Position numbers and translations under genes: made by a program. Below, piece by piece: positions 26,700 through 36,581 of a DNA stretch of 45,605 nt (position 1 is the first letter of the stretch; each line of letters begins with the position of its first letter). The DNA is from an uncultured Chlamydiae bacterium (GTDB lineage Bacteria > Chlamydiota > Chlamydiia > Chlamydiales > Parachlamydiaceae). The notes under the pieces were generated by a model, which was given only the letters and a program-made list of their open reading frames with translations, searched no databases and was not told the DNA's origin. The stretch lies in assembly GCA_963830365.1 (NCBI GenBank), contig CAWHMU010000015.1, positions 1 through 45,605 on the forward strand, written 5' to 3'.

Positions 26700-28205
26700 A
26701 TGCTTAAAAGTTCATTATACCCCTGGCGGCTGGCGCTGTTAATCATCTGTGGCGGTGCGCATTTTGGATCACTTTTAGCGGGCGAATCTAAGCCGCTAGC
26801 TTTGCCGCAGCTTGAAGAGAGGGTGCAGCACGACTTGCAATGCTTGAACTTGCCACCTGCATGGGTGAAGGCCGAAACTATCGAGCATGAAATGCTTGAT
26901 GTGGCCGTCATTGGCGGCGGTATGGCCGGCATGACAGCGGCTTTTGCGCTGATTAAGGAAGGCGTCAGGCATATCCATATCTTCGATGAGAACAAGCCAG
27001 GGCAAGAAGGGCCGTGGAACAAATACGCCCGCATGCGCCATCTTCGTTCGAGCAAGGCTCTGGCCGGGCCGGCTTTAGGCATACCGAGTTTGACCTTTCG
27101 GGCTTGGTATGAAGCCTGCTATGGCACCGCGGCCTGGGATGAATTGAAGTATATTCCGACATTTTGCTGGCATGATTATCTCTCCTGGTACAGGCAGGTG
27201 CTTGATCTGCCGGTTTCAAATCAAATGGTATTGCAGGCTATTAAGCCTTTGTTAGTCGGGTTTGAGCTGACGTTCCTCTGCCAGCAGGAAGTGAAGGTGT
27301 TGTATGCCAGAAAAATTGTTTTGGCAACAGGCAGAGAGGGATTTGGCGGGCAAGAGATCCCGGAATTTATGCAGGAGCTACCCAAAAGATTTTATGTACA
27401 TACAGGGGAAAATATCGATGCTGCCATCTTTGCCGGCAAAAGAGTGGTGGTGGTTGGAGCCGGGGCTTCGGCCTTTGATACGGCGGCCGTGGCGCTGGAG
27501 AATGGAGCCGAAGATGTCGTCATGCTGGTGCGCCGGAAGGTGTTGCCATTGGTTAATAAATTTTCAAAGTTTTCTTTTCCCGGAATCCTGCATGGCTTCT
27601 ACTCCTTATCTGATGAGACGCGCTGCTATTTGTTTGTGGAAGCCTTTCAAAGTGGGATTCCACCCACGCAAGAGGCTGTAGAAAGAGTTAAAGGCAACAT
27701 GTCCTTGCGCATCTGTTATGACGTAACTATCCAGCGCGTGGAGCAAAACCTGCAGGGGGTGCTGATCCATACTGCGAAGGGTGATTTCGCTGGGGATCTG
27801 GTGGTATTGGGGACAGGATATGGCGTCGATGGATTTAAAAGGCCAGAGATGCAGAGTTTTATGGATGTCGTCTTACTTTGGCAAGGACATGTGTCTGAAG
27901 AAATTTTGGAGCGAGTGCCCAAGCTTGGGCATTTTCCATATCTTGGCGCGCACTTTCAATTTCAAGAAAAAGAGGCCGGATTGGCGCCTTATCTAAAACA
28001 CATCTACTGTTTTAATTATGGGGCTTTTTTAAGCCACGGACTCATCAGCGGCGATATCCCGGGCATCAGCATCGGCGCGGCGCGTTTGGCGGCAGGGGTG
28101 GCCGCAGATTTTCTCTTGGAGGATATCGAATTGTATAAGAAATCGGTCAAGGGATATGCTATGCCGCTTTTTGACGTGGCCGATTATCCCTTTTTGGTCA
28201 AATGA
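26700..28205 (+). CDS. FAD/NAD(P)-dependent monooxygenase (HpyO urate-hydroxylase-like)
   Basis: Two Rossmann motifs (VIGGGMAG, VVGAGASA); GQEGPW..YARM..LRS; LGTGY. Confidence 0.8.
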   Translation: MLKSSLYPWRLALLIICGGAHFGSLLAGESKPLALPQLEERVQHDLQCLNLPPAWVKAETIEHEMLDVAVIGGGMAGMTAAFALIKEGVRHIHIFDENKPGQEGPWNKYARMRHLRSSKALAGPALGIPSLTFRAWYEACYGTAAWDELKYIPTFCWHDYLSWYRQVLDLPVSNQMVLQAIKPLLVGFELTFLCQQEVKVLYARKIVLATGREGFGGQEIPEFMQELPKRFYVHTGENIDAAIFAGKRVVVVGAGASAFDTAAVALENGAEDVVMLVRRKVLPLVNKFSKFSFPGILHGFYSLSDETRCYLFVEAFQSGIPPTQEAVERVKGNMSLRICYDVTIQRVEQNLQGVLIHTAKGDFAGDLVVLGTGYGVDGFKRPEMQSFMDVVLLWQGHVSEEILERVPKLGHFPYLGAHFQFQEKEAGLAPYLKHIYCFNYGAFLSHGLISGDIPGISIGAARLAAGVAADFLLEDIELYKKSVKGYAMPLFDVADYPFLVK

Positions 28206-28206
28206 G

Positions 28207-28482
28207 TCAGCGGCCGTGGCGGCGGTCCCGTTGTTGATTATCAAGGCGTTTTTGCTGCACGCGGTGGTCATCATATTGTTGGCTTTGATGCTGCTGGTCT
28301 TGGCGGACTTGAGTTTGGAGCTGCTCTTCCCTGCGCGCATCATCGAGCCTTTGTTGCTCTATCTGTTCTGTCTGGCGCGCATCATCGGCGGTGAATGAGC
28401 TCCAGATGGCAGCGGCTAAAAGCATCAAGGCGGCAGTGGCTAAAACAGATGTTAGCTTAATTGATTTCTGTGTCATTTTCAT
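28207..28482 (-). CDS. Small exported Gln/Arg/Asp-rich hypothetical protein
   Basis: GGAG RBS, signal-peptide-like N-terminus and a repetitive QQRLDD tail. Confidence 0.6.
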   Translation of the reverse strand: MKMTQKSIKLTSVLATAALMLLAAAIWSSFTADDARQTEQIEQQRLDDARREEQLQTQVRQDQQHQSQQYDDHRVQQKRLDNQQRDRRHGR

Positions 28483-28622
28483 GTACGCTCCACATGTTTA
28501 ATATATTTTTTAAAATGGCGAAGCCGGGATTTAAAATCCATACCGAAATCTAATGTCAACTTTTCACTGGAGTCCGGATAAAGCTGTTTATCAATCGTCG
28601 TTTTTGCTATGCTGGTTGTATT

Positions 28623-29483
28623 ATGATAACTAATAAAATGAAACACGTACATTTGCTTCCCAACGTCATCACTGCCTTTGGGCTGTCATGCGGCCTTTTT
28701 GCCATATTCAAGATGAATATGATTGAGACCGGCACTGTCAATTACCATACCTTGCTGGCGACAGCGGGCATTTTGTTGTTGGCATGCCTGGCGGATCTGC
28801 TAGATGGTGCCGTAGCGCGGGCGATGAAGGCGGAAAGTGATTTCGGCGGTCTTTTCGACTGCCTGTCGGATGCCATTACTTTTGGTGTCGGTCCGTCGGT
28901 GATAGTCTTAAAGAGTTTATCAGTGACGCCAAAGACCGAGCTTTCCTTTTTTGTGACGACGGCGGCCATGATTTATTCTGTATGCGGCGTACTGCGCTTG
29001 GTTCGTTTTGGCGTGCTGTCCAAACAGGCTGCCGTTGATCCCGATTTGATAAAGGCCCACAATAAAAACTTCACCGGCTTACCCATACCGGGAGCGGCGG
29101 CGGCGGCGGTGTCTGGCAATCTTATTTTGCATTCCGATGAATTCAAGAGCGTTTTTGTGCTAAGCGAGAATACGCAGGCTTGGCTGTTGATCGTGATGCT
29201 GATAATGCTGGGATATTTCATGGTCAGCCGCTGGAAGTTCCCCAGTTTAAAAAACTTGCATATTCGCGTGGCTTCTTTTCAGGTCGTTTTTCTCACCGTA
29301 GTGGGTGCGGCACTGATGTTTTATGGTTTGATCAGCCATTTTGCCATCGTCTTCTTTGCCTGTGCGTGGGGATATCTCTGCATCGCCTGGACGTTGTCGC
29401 TCATCCGGCTGATTTCGGGCAGGAAATCCAAAACTTTAGAAGAGTTTGAGCCGGATTCCGATGATGACATAGGTCTAGAATAA
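28623..29483 (+). CDS. pssA: CDP-diacylglycerol--serine O-phosphatidyltransferase
   Basis: CDP-alcohol phosphotransferase motif DLLDGAVAR...GGLFDCLSD; LRLVRF; FTGLPIP. Start may be 28638. Confidence 0.9.
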   Translation: MITNKMKHVHLLPNVITAFGLSCGLFAIFKMNMIETGTVNYHTLLATAGILLLACLADLLDGAVARAMKAESDFGGLFDCLSDAITFGVGPSVIVLKSLSVTPKTELSFFVTTAAMIYSVCGVLRLVRFGVLSKQAAVDPDLIKAHNKNFTGLPIPGAAAAAVSGNLILHSDEFKSVFVLSENTQAWLLIVMLIMLGYFMVSRWKFPSLKNLHIRVASFQVVFLTVVGAALMFYGLISHFAIVFFACAWGYLCIAWTLSLIRLISGRKSKTLEEFEPDSDDDIGLE

Positions 29484-29533
29484 GCCGGTACTCAGCCGTG
29501 TGTAATACCGTGTGTATAATGGGGTTGGGTATA

Positions 29534-30154
29534 CTAGCCATACTGCCGCAGTAAGCCGACCAAGACCCCTTGGATGAGGATGTCTTCCTGGCGCAAAATC
29601 ATGGGGTGGTGCTGGAAGTGGGCGCCGACCAGGCGGATGTAATCCCCTTCGGGGTAATATTTCTTCACAATGGTATCATGGCCGTTGATCAGTGCAATCA
29701 CGGTTTCTCCCGGATAGGCATGCTGCCTAGCTTCGACAATCAATAAATCCCCATCGGCAATCATTTCTTCATTCAGCGATTCTCCTTGCGCGCGCAGGGC
29801 ATAGGTTTTATCGGGTGCATGGGCCAGATTGTGGGGGATGACAATTTGTTGGGATTGTGGAAAGGTGTGGACAGGCTCGCCGGCTGCGATATGGCCGATG
29901 AGAGGGATTTCGAGGTTGTTTTGAGAGGAAAGCTGCGGCACGTCGCTGGCAGGAGTGATGGAGCGGCTGGTGTTGCTTTGGCCGGTAAGCGCCCCTTTGC
30001 GCTTAAGGGCGCCGATATGCTTATATACCGAGCCTAGGGAATTGAAGCCAAAATGCTGGCCGATTTCACGGTAACTTGGAGAATAGCGGTTGTTGCCGAT
30101 GAATTCCTGGATGTAATCGACAATTTCACGCTGCCTTTTGGTTAGTCCTTTCAT
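29534..30154 (-). CDS. lexA: LexA repressor
   Basis: N-terminal winged helix LTKRQREI..PSYREIG; Ala-Gly cleavage site IAAGEP; catalytic Ser in GESL and Lys in TIVKK. Confidence 0.95.
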   Translation of the reverse strand: MKGLTKRQREIVDYIQEFIGNNRYSPSYREIGQHFGFNSLGSVYKHIGALKRKGALTGQSNTSRSITPASDVPQLSSQNNLEIPLIGHIAAGEPVHTFPQSQQIVIPHNLAHAPDKTYALRAQGESLNEEMIADGDLLIVEARQHAYPGETVIALINGHDTIVKKYYPEGDYIRLVGAHFQHHPMILRQEDILIQGVLVGLLRQYG

Positions 30155-30855
30155 GATAATTCTCCGCCGTGATCTTGATCATTTTCCGCATCAGCATATA
30201 CCCACCTATCCACCGCATAGGCCGTCAGCCACATAATCAGCGCCGTCATCAAGGTGTCGGAAAAATAATGCCCCCCTTGGGCAATGCGCGTCAAAGACAA
30301 TAGGCCGCCTAAAACGATGGCAACACATAGGCTCGTCCAAAATAGCGCCTGCAAGTTAAGTCTTCTGCCAACCAGCGCCAAAGCAAAAAAATAAAAACCC
30401 ATCGTGCAGTGTCCGCAAGCAAAGGATTTGGAGGGTTCGGGCTGATGGAGGAAATTGGGTTCATAGTAGGGGCGAAAGGGCTGCGTGCCGCCAAATTCAA
30501 TGGTCTGTTTCGGCCGTGGACGCCCCCATTGGTCTTTAAGCAGCACGTGTGTGATGAGGCCGGCCCCGATGGCAAATGTCAGACAGAGCGTGAGGGCGGG
30601 GCGGCGCCATTTTTTGTAGTATGGACGCAGATAAGACATCAGCAGCAGCACCATTGATAGGCAGAAGGTAAGGATGGCCGGCAGGGTGGCATAGCTATAC
30701 ATAAAAGAATAAAAGCCGTTAGAGGCAAAGCCATGCGGCGGCCGATAGAAATGGCGGGTGATGGCTAGATCGATGGCCGGGGTGAATGGCGTGATAATGG
30801 CCAGGATGATGACCGGCCATAGCCAGGCGCGTTGCTGCGTTAGAAAGGCTTTCAT
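30151..30855 (-). CDS. PAP2-family membrane phosphatase
   Basis: KDQWGRPRP, SFACGH and RIAQGGHYFSD motifs; stop overlaps the lexA start. Confidence 0.9.
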   Translation of the reverse strand: MKAFLTQQRAWLWPVIILAIITPFTPAIDLAITRHFYRPPHGFASNGFYSFMYSYATLPAILTFCLSMVLLLMSYLRPYYKKWRRPALTLCLTFAIGAGLITHVLLKDQWGRPRPKQTIEFGGTQPFRPYYEPNFLHQPEPSKSFACGHCTMGFYFFALALVGRRLNLQALFWTSLCVAIVLGGLLSLTRIAQGGHYFSDTLMTALIMWLTAYAVDRWVYADAENDQDHGGELS

Positions 30856-30935
30856 TATAAATCTAAAGGGTTGGGTTTACTTTTTCGGCCAGCGGTGTTA
30901 AATTGTAATGATATCAATCCTATGGAATCTTATCT

Positions 30936-32462
30936 ATGCCAAATGCTTGGATCGCCGTCTTATCATTATCGATCATCCTTTTCCTGGCAATCATGCTGAT
31001 CGGCTGGTTTTTTCTGGCGTTTAAAAGAAAACATATCGAAGCCGTACTCTGGCAGGAGAAATTCGGCAGTCAGGAAAAGTATTTCCTAGCTCTACAGGCT
31101 GATGTCGAGGCTATCAATCAGGAAGCAGAAAAATGCCGTCAGGAACTGAAGGTGGAGTGCGAACGCCGCGCTGTGGCTGAAGCCAGAAGCTCAAGGTTGA
31201 CCGAGATCGAGCATTGCCTGAAAGTCAAAGAAGAAGAACTTAAAAGCTGGCAAACGCAAAATTCGGCCTTGAGAAGCAGTTTAGCAGAGGTCGACACCAA
31301 GCTGACCGAACAGGCCAAAGCGGCCCAAGAGAAAGTCGAAATTCTTTCACAAGCCCAGGTGAAATTGGCCGATGCTTTCAAGGCGTTGTCGGCCGATGCC
31401 CTTAAAAATAACAGCCATTCCTTCCTTGAACTAGCCACGGCCAAGCTTGAACGTTTCCAAGAAGCTGCCAAAACTGATTTACATTCACGCCAAAAAGCCA
31501 TCGATGAAGTCGTCAAGCCGGTTAAGGAATCCCTCGATAAATTCGATCATAAGATCCAGGAGATAGAGAAACAGCGTGCGTCTGCCTATGCCACACTGAG
31601 CGAGCAGGTTAGGACGATGACGCTTGCCCAAAGCCAGCTGCAGCTGGAGACTGCAAATCTTGTAAAAGCTTTGCGCATGCCCAATGTGCGCGGCCGCTGG
31701 GGGGAAATCCAGCTGCGGCGGGTGGTGGAAATGGCCGGCATGGTGGAATACTGCGATTTCACCCAGCAGGAATCACTGTCTGGCAATGATCGGAAGACCG
31801 GCGATGACAGAAAGCTGCGGCCGGACCTGGTCATCAAACTGCCCAACCACAAGCAAATCGTCGTCGATTCCAAAGCCCCGTTGATGGCCTATCTGGAGTC
31901 CTTGGAAGCCTTGGATGAGGGCTCAAGGCAGCTCAAATTGAAGGAACATGCCCGCCAGGTGCGTACGCATATCGCGCAACTGGCAGCCAAATCCTATTGG
32001 GATCAATTTCCCGCCGCCCCCGAATTTGTGGTGCTCTTTCTTCCAGGAGAAACCTTCTTTAGCGCAGCCTTGGAGCAGGATCCATCCCTCATCGAATGCG
32101 GCGTCGAACAGCGTGTCATTCTGGCCACGCCGACGACGCTGATCGCGCTTTTGCGCTCGGTAGCCTATGGCTGGCGGCAGGATCTGATCTCCAAGAATGC
32201 CCAGCAAATCAGCGATCTGGGGAAATCGCTCTATGATCGTATCCGTGTGCTCGCCGATCATTTCGAAGATATCCGCAAAGGCCTCGACCGGACGGTTGAC
32301 GCCTATAACAAGGCGGTGGGGTCTATGGAGGGAAGGGTTTTGATTACCGCCCGCAAATTCAAGGAACTGGGCGCTGCTACCGAACAGGAAATTCTGACCA
32401 TCGAAACCATCGACAAAGTAACCCGCCCGCTGCATCTCGACGTCGTCCTCGATGCGGTGTGA
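30936..32462 (+). CDS. rmuC: DNA recombination protein RmuC
   Basis: N-terminal TM helix, coiled coil, [26 protein letters not shown] and FVVLFLPGE. Confidence 0.95.
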   Translation: MPNAWIAVLSLSIILFLAIMLIGWFFLAFKRKHIEAVLWQEKFGSQEKYFLALQADVEAINQEAEKCRQELKVECERRAVAEARSSRLTEIEHCLKVKEEELKSWQTQNSALRSSLAEVDTKLTEQAKAAQEKVEILSQAQVKLADAFKALSADALKNNSHSFLELATAKLERFQEAAKTDLHSRQKAIDEVVKPVKESLDKFDHKIQEIEKQRASAYATLSEQVRTMTLAQSQLQLETANLVKALRMPNVRGRWGEIQLRRVVEMAGMVEYCDFTQQESLSGNDRKTGDDRKLRPDLVIKLPNHKQIVVDSKAPLMAYLESLEALDEGSRQLKLKEHARQVRTHIAQLAAKSYWDQFPAAPEFVVLFLPGETFFSAALEQDPSLIECGVEQRVILATPTTLIALLRSVAYGWRQDLISKNAQQISDLGKSLYDRIRVLADHFEDIRKGLDRTVDAYNKAVGSMEGRVLITARKFKELGAATEQEILTIETIDKVTRPLHLDVVLDAV

Positions 32463-32466
32463 TTTT

Positions 32467-33984
32467 CTATTTCAGCTGGCGGAAGGATAGGGCCTCCATC
32501 AGATGCTCCCTGGTAATGTGGGGCTGGCCGGCGAGGTCGGCGATGGTCAGGGAGACGCGCAGAAGGCGGTCGCAGCCTCTGGCGGACATGCCGAGGGTGT
32601 CCATGGCCTGACGCAGCACTTCGTGGCAATCCGGAGACAGTTTGCAGTGTTCTTTCATTTCACGGGCTGACATTTGAGAGTTTGTTCTGACCTTGCCGAA
32701 GCGCAGCTGTTGGCGGGCTCTGGCGGCTTTGACGCGAGCTCGCACGGTGGCTGAACTTTCAGCGATTTCGGCCTGGATGATATCGCGGTAGCGCAGCGCC
32801 GGCACGTCGATATGCATGTCAATCCTATCCCATAGCGGTCCTGAAATCTTACTGCGGTAGCGCTCGATCTGCGTTTGTGAGTCTTTGCAGGGTTTGTCCG
32901 GATGTCCCAAATAGCCGCAAGGGCAAGGATTCATGGCGGCCACGCAGATGAAGTCGCTTGGAAATGTGAAGTTGCCTTGGGCGCGGCTGATGGTGACTTT
33001 GCGGTCCTCCAGCGGCTGGCGCAACACTTCCAGCACGGTGCGCGAGAATTCCGGCAGCTCGTCAAGGAACAGGATGCCGCCGTGGGCCAGCGAGACCTCG
33101 CCCGGACGGGGGATGGCGCCGCCGCCGATCAGTCCGGCATAACTCACGGTATGGTGTGGCGAGCGGAAGGGGCGCTGAGTCACTAAGCTCACCCCATCGC
33201 CGAGCAGGCCGCTGATGGAATGGATTTTGGTGACTTCTAAAGCCTCTTCGATGGTCAATTCGGGCATGATGCCGGCTAGGGCTTTGGCGATCATGGTCTT
33301 GCCGGAGCCTGGCGGCCCGGACAGCACGACATTGTGGTTGCCGGCAGCCGTGATTTCGATGGCGCGTTTGACGTGGGCCTGTCCTTTGATGTCGGCAAAA
33401 TCCACCACCGGGATGGCGTGGCTGAACAGTTCACTTGAGACCTGGGCTGAGGTAGGTACGATGGAGGCTGGCTGCTGCAGGAATTGAACAGCATCTTTGA
33501 GATGTTTGATGGCGATGACATCGACACCGGGCAGGGTAGCGGCTTCTTTGGCATTGGCGGCGGGCAGTAAAATACCTTTTTTGCCGCTTTCTTTGGCCAG
33601 CATGGCACTGGCAAGCGCCCCCTGGATAGGGCGCAGTTCGCCGCCGAGGCCCAACTCTCCAACTACCAGATAGTCGTTTTGGACACGTGTTTCGATGGCT
33701 TGCATGGCGCAAAGCAGGCCCAGGGCGATGGGAAGATCGTAAAGGGCTCCTTCTTTTTTTAAATCACCGGGAGCTAAGTTGACCGTGCAAATCAGATTGG
33801 TGGCGGCATAGCCGGAATTTTTGATGGCGGTAAGGACGCGGTCTTTGGATTCTCTGACGGCATTATCGGGCAGCCCGACGATAATCAGCGTGGTTTTATC
33901 GGAGCGTCCGACGTCGACTTCCACCTCGACGGGAAGGGCGTCCAAGCCAAGTAAAGCCACCGAGTGCATGCGGGAAAGTGCCAT
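32467..33984 (-). CDS. comM: ComM/YifB Mg-chelatase-like AAA+ ATPase
   Basis: IVGLPD, VNLAPGDLKKEG, GPPGSGKT, LFLDELPEF and AAMNPCPCG motifs. Confidence 0.95.
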   Translation of the reverse strand: MALSRMHSVALLGLDALPVEVEVDVGRSDKTTLIIVGLPDNAVRESKDRVLTAIKNSGYAATNLICTVNLAPGDLKKEGALYDLPIALGLLCAMQAIETRVQNDYLVVGELGLGGELRPIQGALASAMLAKESGKKGILLPAANAKEAATLPGVDVIAIKHLKDAVQFLQQPASIVPTSAQVSSELFSHAIPVVDFADIKGQAHVKRAIEITAAGNHNVVLSGPPGSGKTMIAKALAGIMPELTIEEALEVTKIHSISGLLGDGVSLVTQRPFRSPHHTVSYAGLIGGGAIPRPGEVSLAHGGILFLDELPEFSRTVLEVLRQPLEDRKVTISRAQGNFTFPSDFICVAAMNPCPCGYLGHPDKPCKDSQTQIERYRSKISGPLWDRIDMHIDVPALRYRDIIQAEIAESSATVRARVKAARARQQLRFGKVRTNSQMSAREMKEHCKLSPDCHEVLRQAMDTLGMSARGCDRLLRVSLTIADLAGQPHITREHLMEALSFRQLK

Positions 33985-34097
33985 AACAAACCGTCTTTAA
34001 TTTTTATTTTCAGCAGGAAAAGCAAAATATAATTATGCAGTAGTGCTAATGGATATACATGGCTGGCAGCTTTTGGACAATGTGAATTATTAATAGC

Positions 34098-34123
34098 GAA
34101 GGCATCCCTTGCGGGATGCCTTC
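34098..34123 (-). terminator. Hairpin downstream of the SH3 protein gene
   Basis: GAAGGCATCCC-ttgc-GGGATGCCTTC, an 11-bp stem. Confidence 0.65.
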
Positions 34124-34141
34124 AGACGAGAGGATTTGATG

Positions 34142-35461
34142 TTACTCTAGGCCGAGTACGAAATAGGCCGGGAAGGCAAAGTTGTTGTTCGGCCGCGGCG
34201 CAGCATAGACGGTAATTTCTTGACCGACTCTGTCCTGCAGATTGACGCGTGTGCTATAGATGAAGGCGATAGGCAGATGGCTTGTTTGGTTCATCAGCAC
34301 ATAATCGCCGGGTTTGTTTTTGACCACACGGGCATAAGGTTCAACGATCCCTTTGAGGACGATGACTTTTTGGCTTTGCTCTTGATAGAAGTCTTCCTGG
34401 GTACCGTTAGCATTTTGATTAGCCCATGTTTCATAAAGGCTCTGTTCAACAGGCATCCAAACACTCATCTTATCGGTGATGCCGTTGTTATTGGTTTTGG
34501 GGGCTGATCCTTTACTATTGGCAGGAAAAGCGTTATTGGTTTTGTTTGCCCTTTCCTTTTGCAGTTGTCCTTCAAGCTGAACCAATTTCTGTTGCTGCGT
34601 CTTCATTTGTTCAGACATCTGAGAGGAGCCGCTGGCTTTGGCTTCAAGATAGGGGATTTTCTTCTGCATGTAATCGTTCTGCAGCTTGTTAAGCAGATCG
34701 CGCGCGCGCGCCACTTGGTCGGGGAAGTCGGCATAGCTGCTGATGACTTTATTGTAGTTGGCATATGCGCCGCTTAAGTCGATGTCAGGAAATTCTTTTT
34801 CCATTTCCTTTTGGGCGCCAAGCGCGGTGGAATTTAGCAGCAAGTTGACTTCATCGCGACGGCGTTCGATTTTTGCCATCAGTGAAGCATCGCCAATTTT
34901 TTCCACATATTCCTTAGCGACATAAAATCTAGTCGAGGATGGCGGGGAGATTTCCAGCCATTTGCTATTAAGCGTACTGACGCTGCCTTCGACATGGTCG
35001 CCGCCATTCAGCTGAGCGATGATGGGAGCGTCGACATCGGGTTCAAGGCGAACATTGACCTTGGTGCCTTCAACGACATTATCCAGCACGAAAGTTCGGA
35101 AAATATAGGCTTTGGTACCTGCAGGCGGCTGGATGGCATAAAAATCGTCAACCTCATCGAGCACGATGAACATATCGTCTTTATTCATTTCGCGTACGAT
35201 GGGGCTGTCCAATTTGGCTTGGGCGCGGATGCGTACTTTACTTCTGGCTACCTTGCCTGTGAATGTTTTGAAGGGTTCTGCAGACGTCTGTTGGGTGGGT
35301 GGGGTGGTTTTTTGCTTTTGAAGAATGGGCTGTGGAGCCGGTGCTGGTTCTTCGGTGGCTTCATAGGCCGGAGATGGATCGTCGGACGCATCGCCGAAAA
35401 CTGTTGCAAAAGGCATCAATAGGGTTAGGCTGGATAAAAAAATGACAGTGGGTTTACGCAT
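34142..35461 (-). CDS. Exported tandem-SH3b protein, Chlamydia CT017 (Ctad1)-like
   Basis: Signal peptide from ATG 35461; FTGKV..SKVRIR and VNVRLEP SH3b repeats; C-terminal RPNNNFAFPAY; synteny with the next two genes. Confidence 0.8.
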   Translation of the reverse strand: MRKPTVIFLSSLTLLMPFATVFGDASDDPSPAYEATEEPAPAPQPILQKQKTTPPTQQTSAEPFKTFTGKVARSKVRIRAQAKLDSPIVREMNKDDMFIVLDEVDDFYAIQPPAGTKAYIFRTFVLDNVVEGTKVNVRLEPDVDAPIIAQLNGGDHVEGSVSTLNSKWLEISPPSSTRFYVAKEYVEKIGDASLMAKIERRRDEVNLLLNSTALGAQKEMEKEFPDIDLSGAYANYNKVISSYADFPDQVARARDLLNKLQNDYMQKKIPYLEAKASGSSQMSEQMKTQQQKLVQLEGQLQKERANKTNNAFPANSKGSAPKTNNNGITDKMSVWMPVEQSLYETWANQNANGTQEDFYQEQSQKVIVLKGIVEPYARVVKNKPGDYVLMNQTSHLPIAFIYSTRVNLQDRVGQEITVYAAPRPNNNFAFPAYFVLGLE

Positions 35462-35529
35462 GGTAAAAATCCTGAATAGTGGTTTTATATTAGTTCGCGA
35501 TTCTAATGCGTTTTTCTGATTTATGACAA

Positions 35530-36321
35530 CTAGCTTTTTAGGACAGCTAAAATATGTTCGCATCCTTGCTTGCCGCAGGTACATCCCACGGGATCGCCAA
35601 GGAAAACATTGTAGGTCTCATTGGGATCCAACCGGTTGGAGACCAGATAGAGTTTTTCAGCCGTCTGCACAATTTCCCATGTTTGGAAGGCCAGATCTTC
35701 TTCGGAAACTTCTTCTTCATCCTTTGCCTCGCGCGCTAAGGCCGGGGCTGAGGCCGGCAGGTGGTCATCCGGCAGCTTATGGATGGCTCTGGCAATCTGG
35801 CAATGCGTGCAGTTGCAATGAGGCTCGGGCAAAGGCATGTTTTCGATGTCTTCGGGTGCGACGATGCGGGCGACTTCGGCGATTTTGTGTAAGATCTCTT
35901 TCGGCAGACTGGGCATGTTGGCTTGCGCTATATTGTGTTGCATGGCTGAACTTATCGAATCCATCGATTCCATGCCAAAGCGCAACGTCGGTCCGCCTTC
36001 GACATTGATCAAAGGTGGGGTTCCGTCAGCGTGGGGATTGGGCGCCACTTGAAATAGATGAAAGGGAGCGGGAGATTCAGGCGCGGCGGTAGCTGAATGT
36101 GTTTGTGTCGGCGCTTGTCTTTGCTGCTGTGCTTCCAAAAAAACGGCATAGCTGCCGAAGATGGTATCGCGGATTTCGGGCGTTAGGCCGGGGATGGCGA
36201 TGGTATCTCCATTTAGCAGCGAGACGATCAAGTCGGTTTCTTTAAGGTAGAGTGCACGTACCTGTACCCAACTTGTTGAGAGATGGGGAGGGATATGAAG
36301 GATGGTGGGTGTGATTTTCAT
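35530..36321 (-). CDS. Conserved chlamydial protein, CT016-like, Cys/His-rich
   Basis: IPPHLSTSW, PEPHCNCTHCQIAR and C-terminal GCTCGKQGCEHI. Confidence 0.8.
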   Translation of the reverse strand: MKITPTILHIPPHLSTSWVQVRALYLKETDLIVSLLNGDTIAIPGLTPEIRDTIFGSYAVFLEAQQQRQAPTQTHSATAAPESPAPFHLFQVAPNPHADGTPPLINVEGGPTLRFGMESMDSISSAMQHNIAQANMPSLPKEILHKIAEVARIVAPEDIENMPLPEPHCNCTHCQIARAIHKLPDDHLPASAPALAREAKDEEEVSEEDLAFQTWEIVQTAEKLYLVSNRLDPNETYNVFLGDPVGCTCGKQGCEHILAVLKS

Positions 36322-36581
36322 GGGACACTCCTTTCGCTAAAAGCGATGTGCGGCTAATGACTTCAGCCTGTATTGCGTTCTATCTGATATGATTGTACGT
36401 GAGCAAGCAGAAAATGTCAACTAATTAGCAGTCGATAGTTGAGAGTGCTGGTGTTTTTTTAATGTTCTGTCCCCCAACCACTTACTGCTTATTTAAAAGT
36501 CCGCTTTTTCTTCTTTGCGCTTTTTTAAAAGGCATTGTAAGATCTAAAATTTAATATGAATTCCATTTTGAGGGCTAACGC

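Noticed and set aside
29496..29520. Short direct repeat CCGTGTGTA between pssA and lexA
   Set aside because: Only two 9-bp copies between convergent genes; no supportable function.
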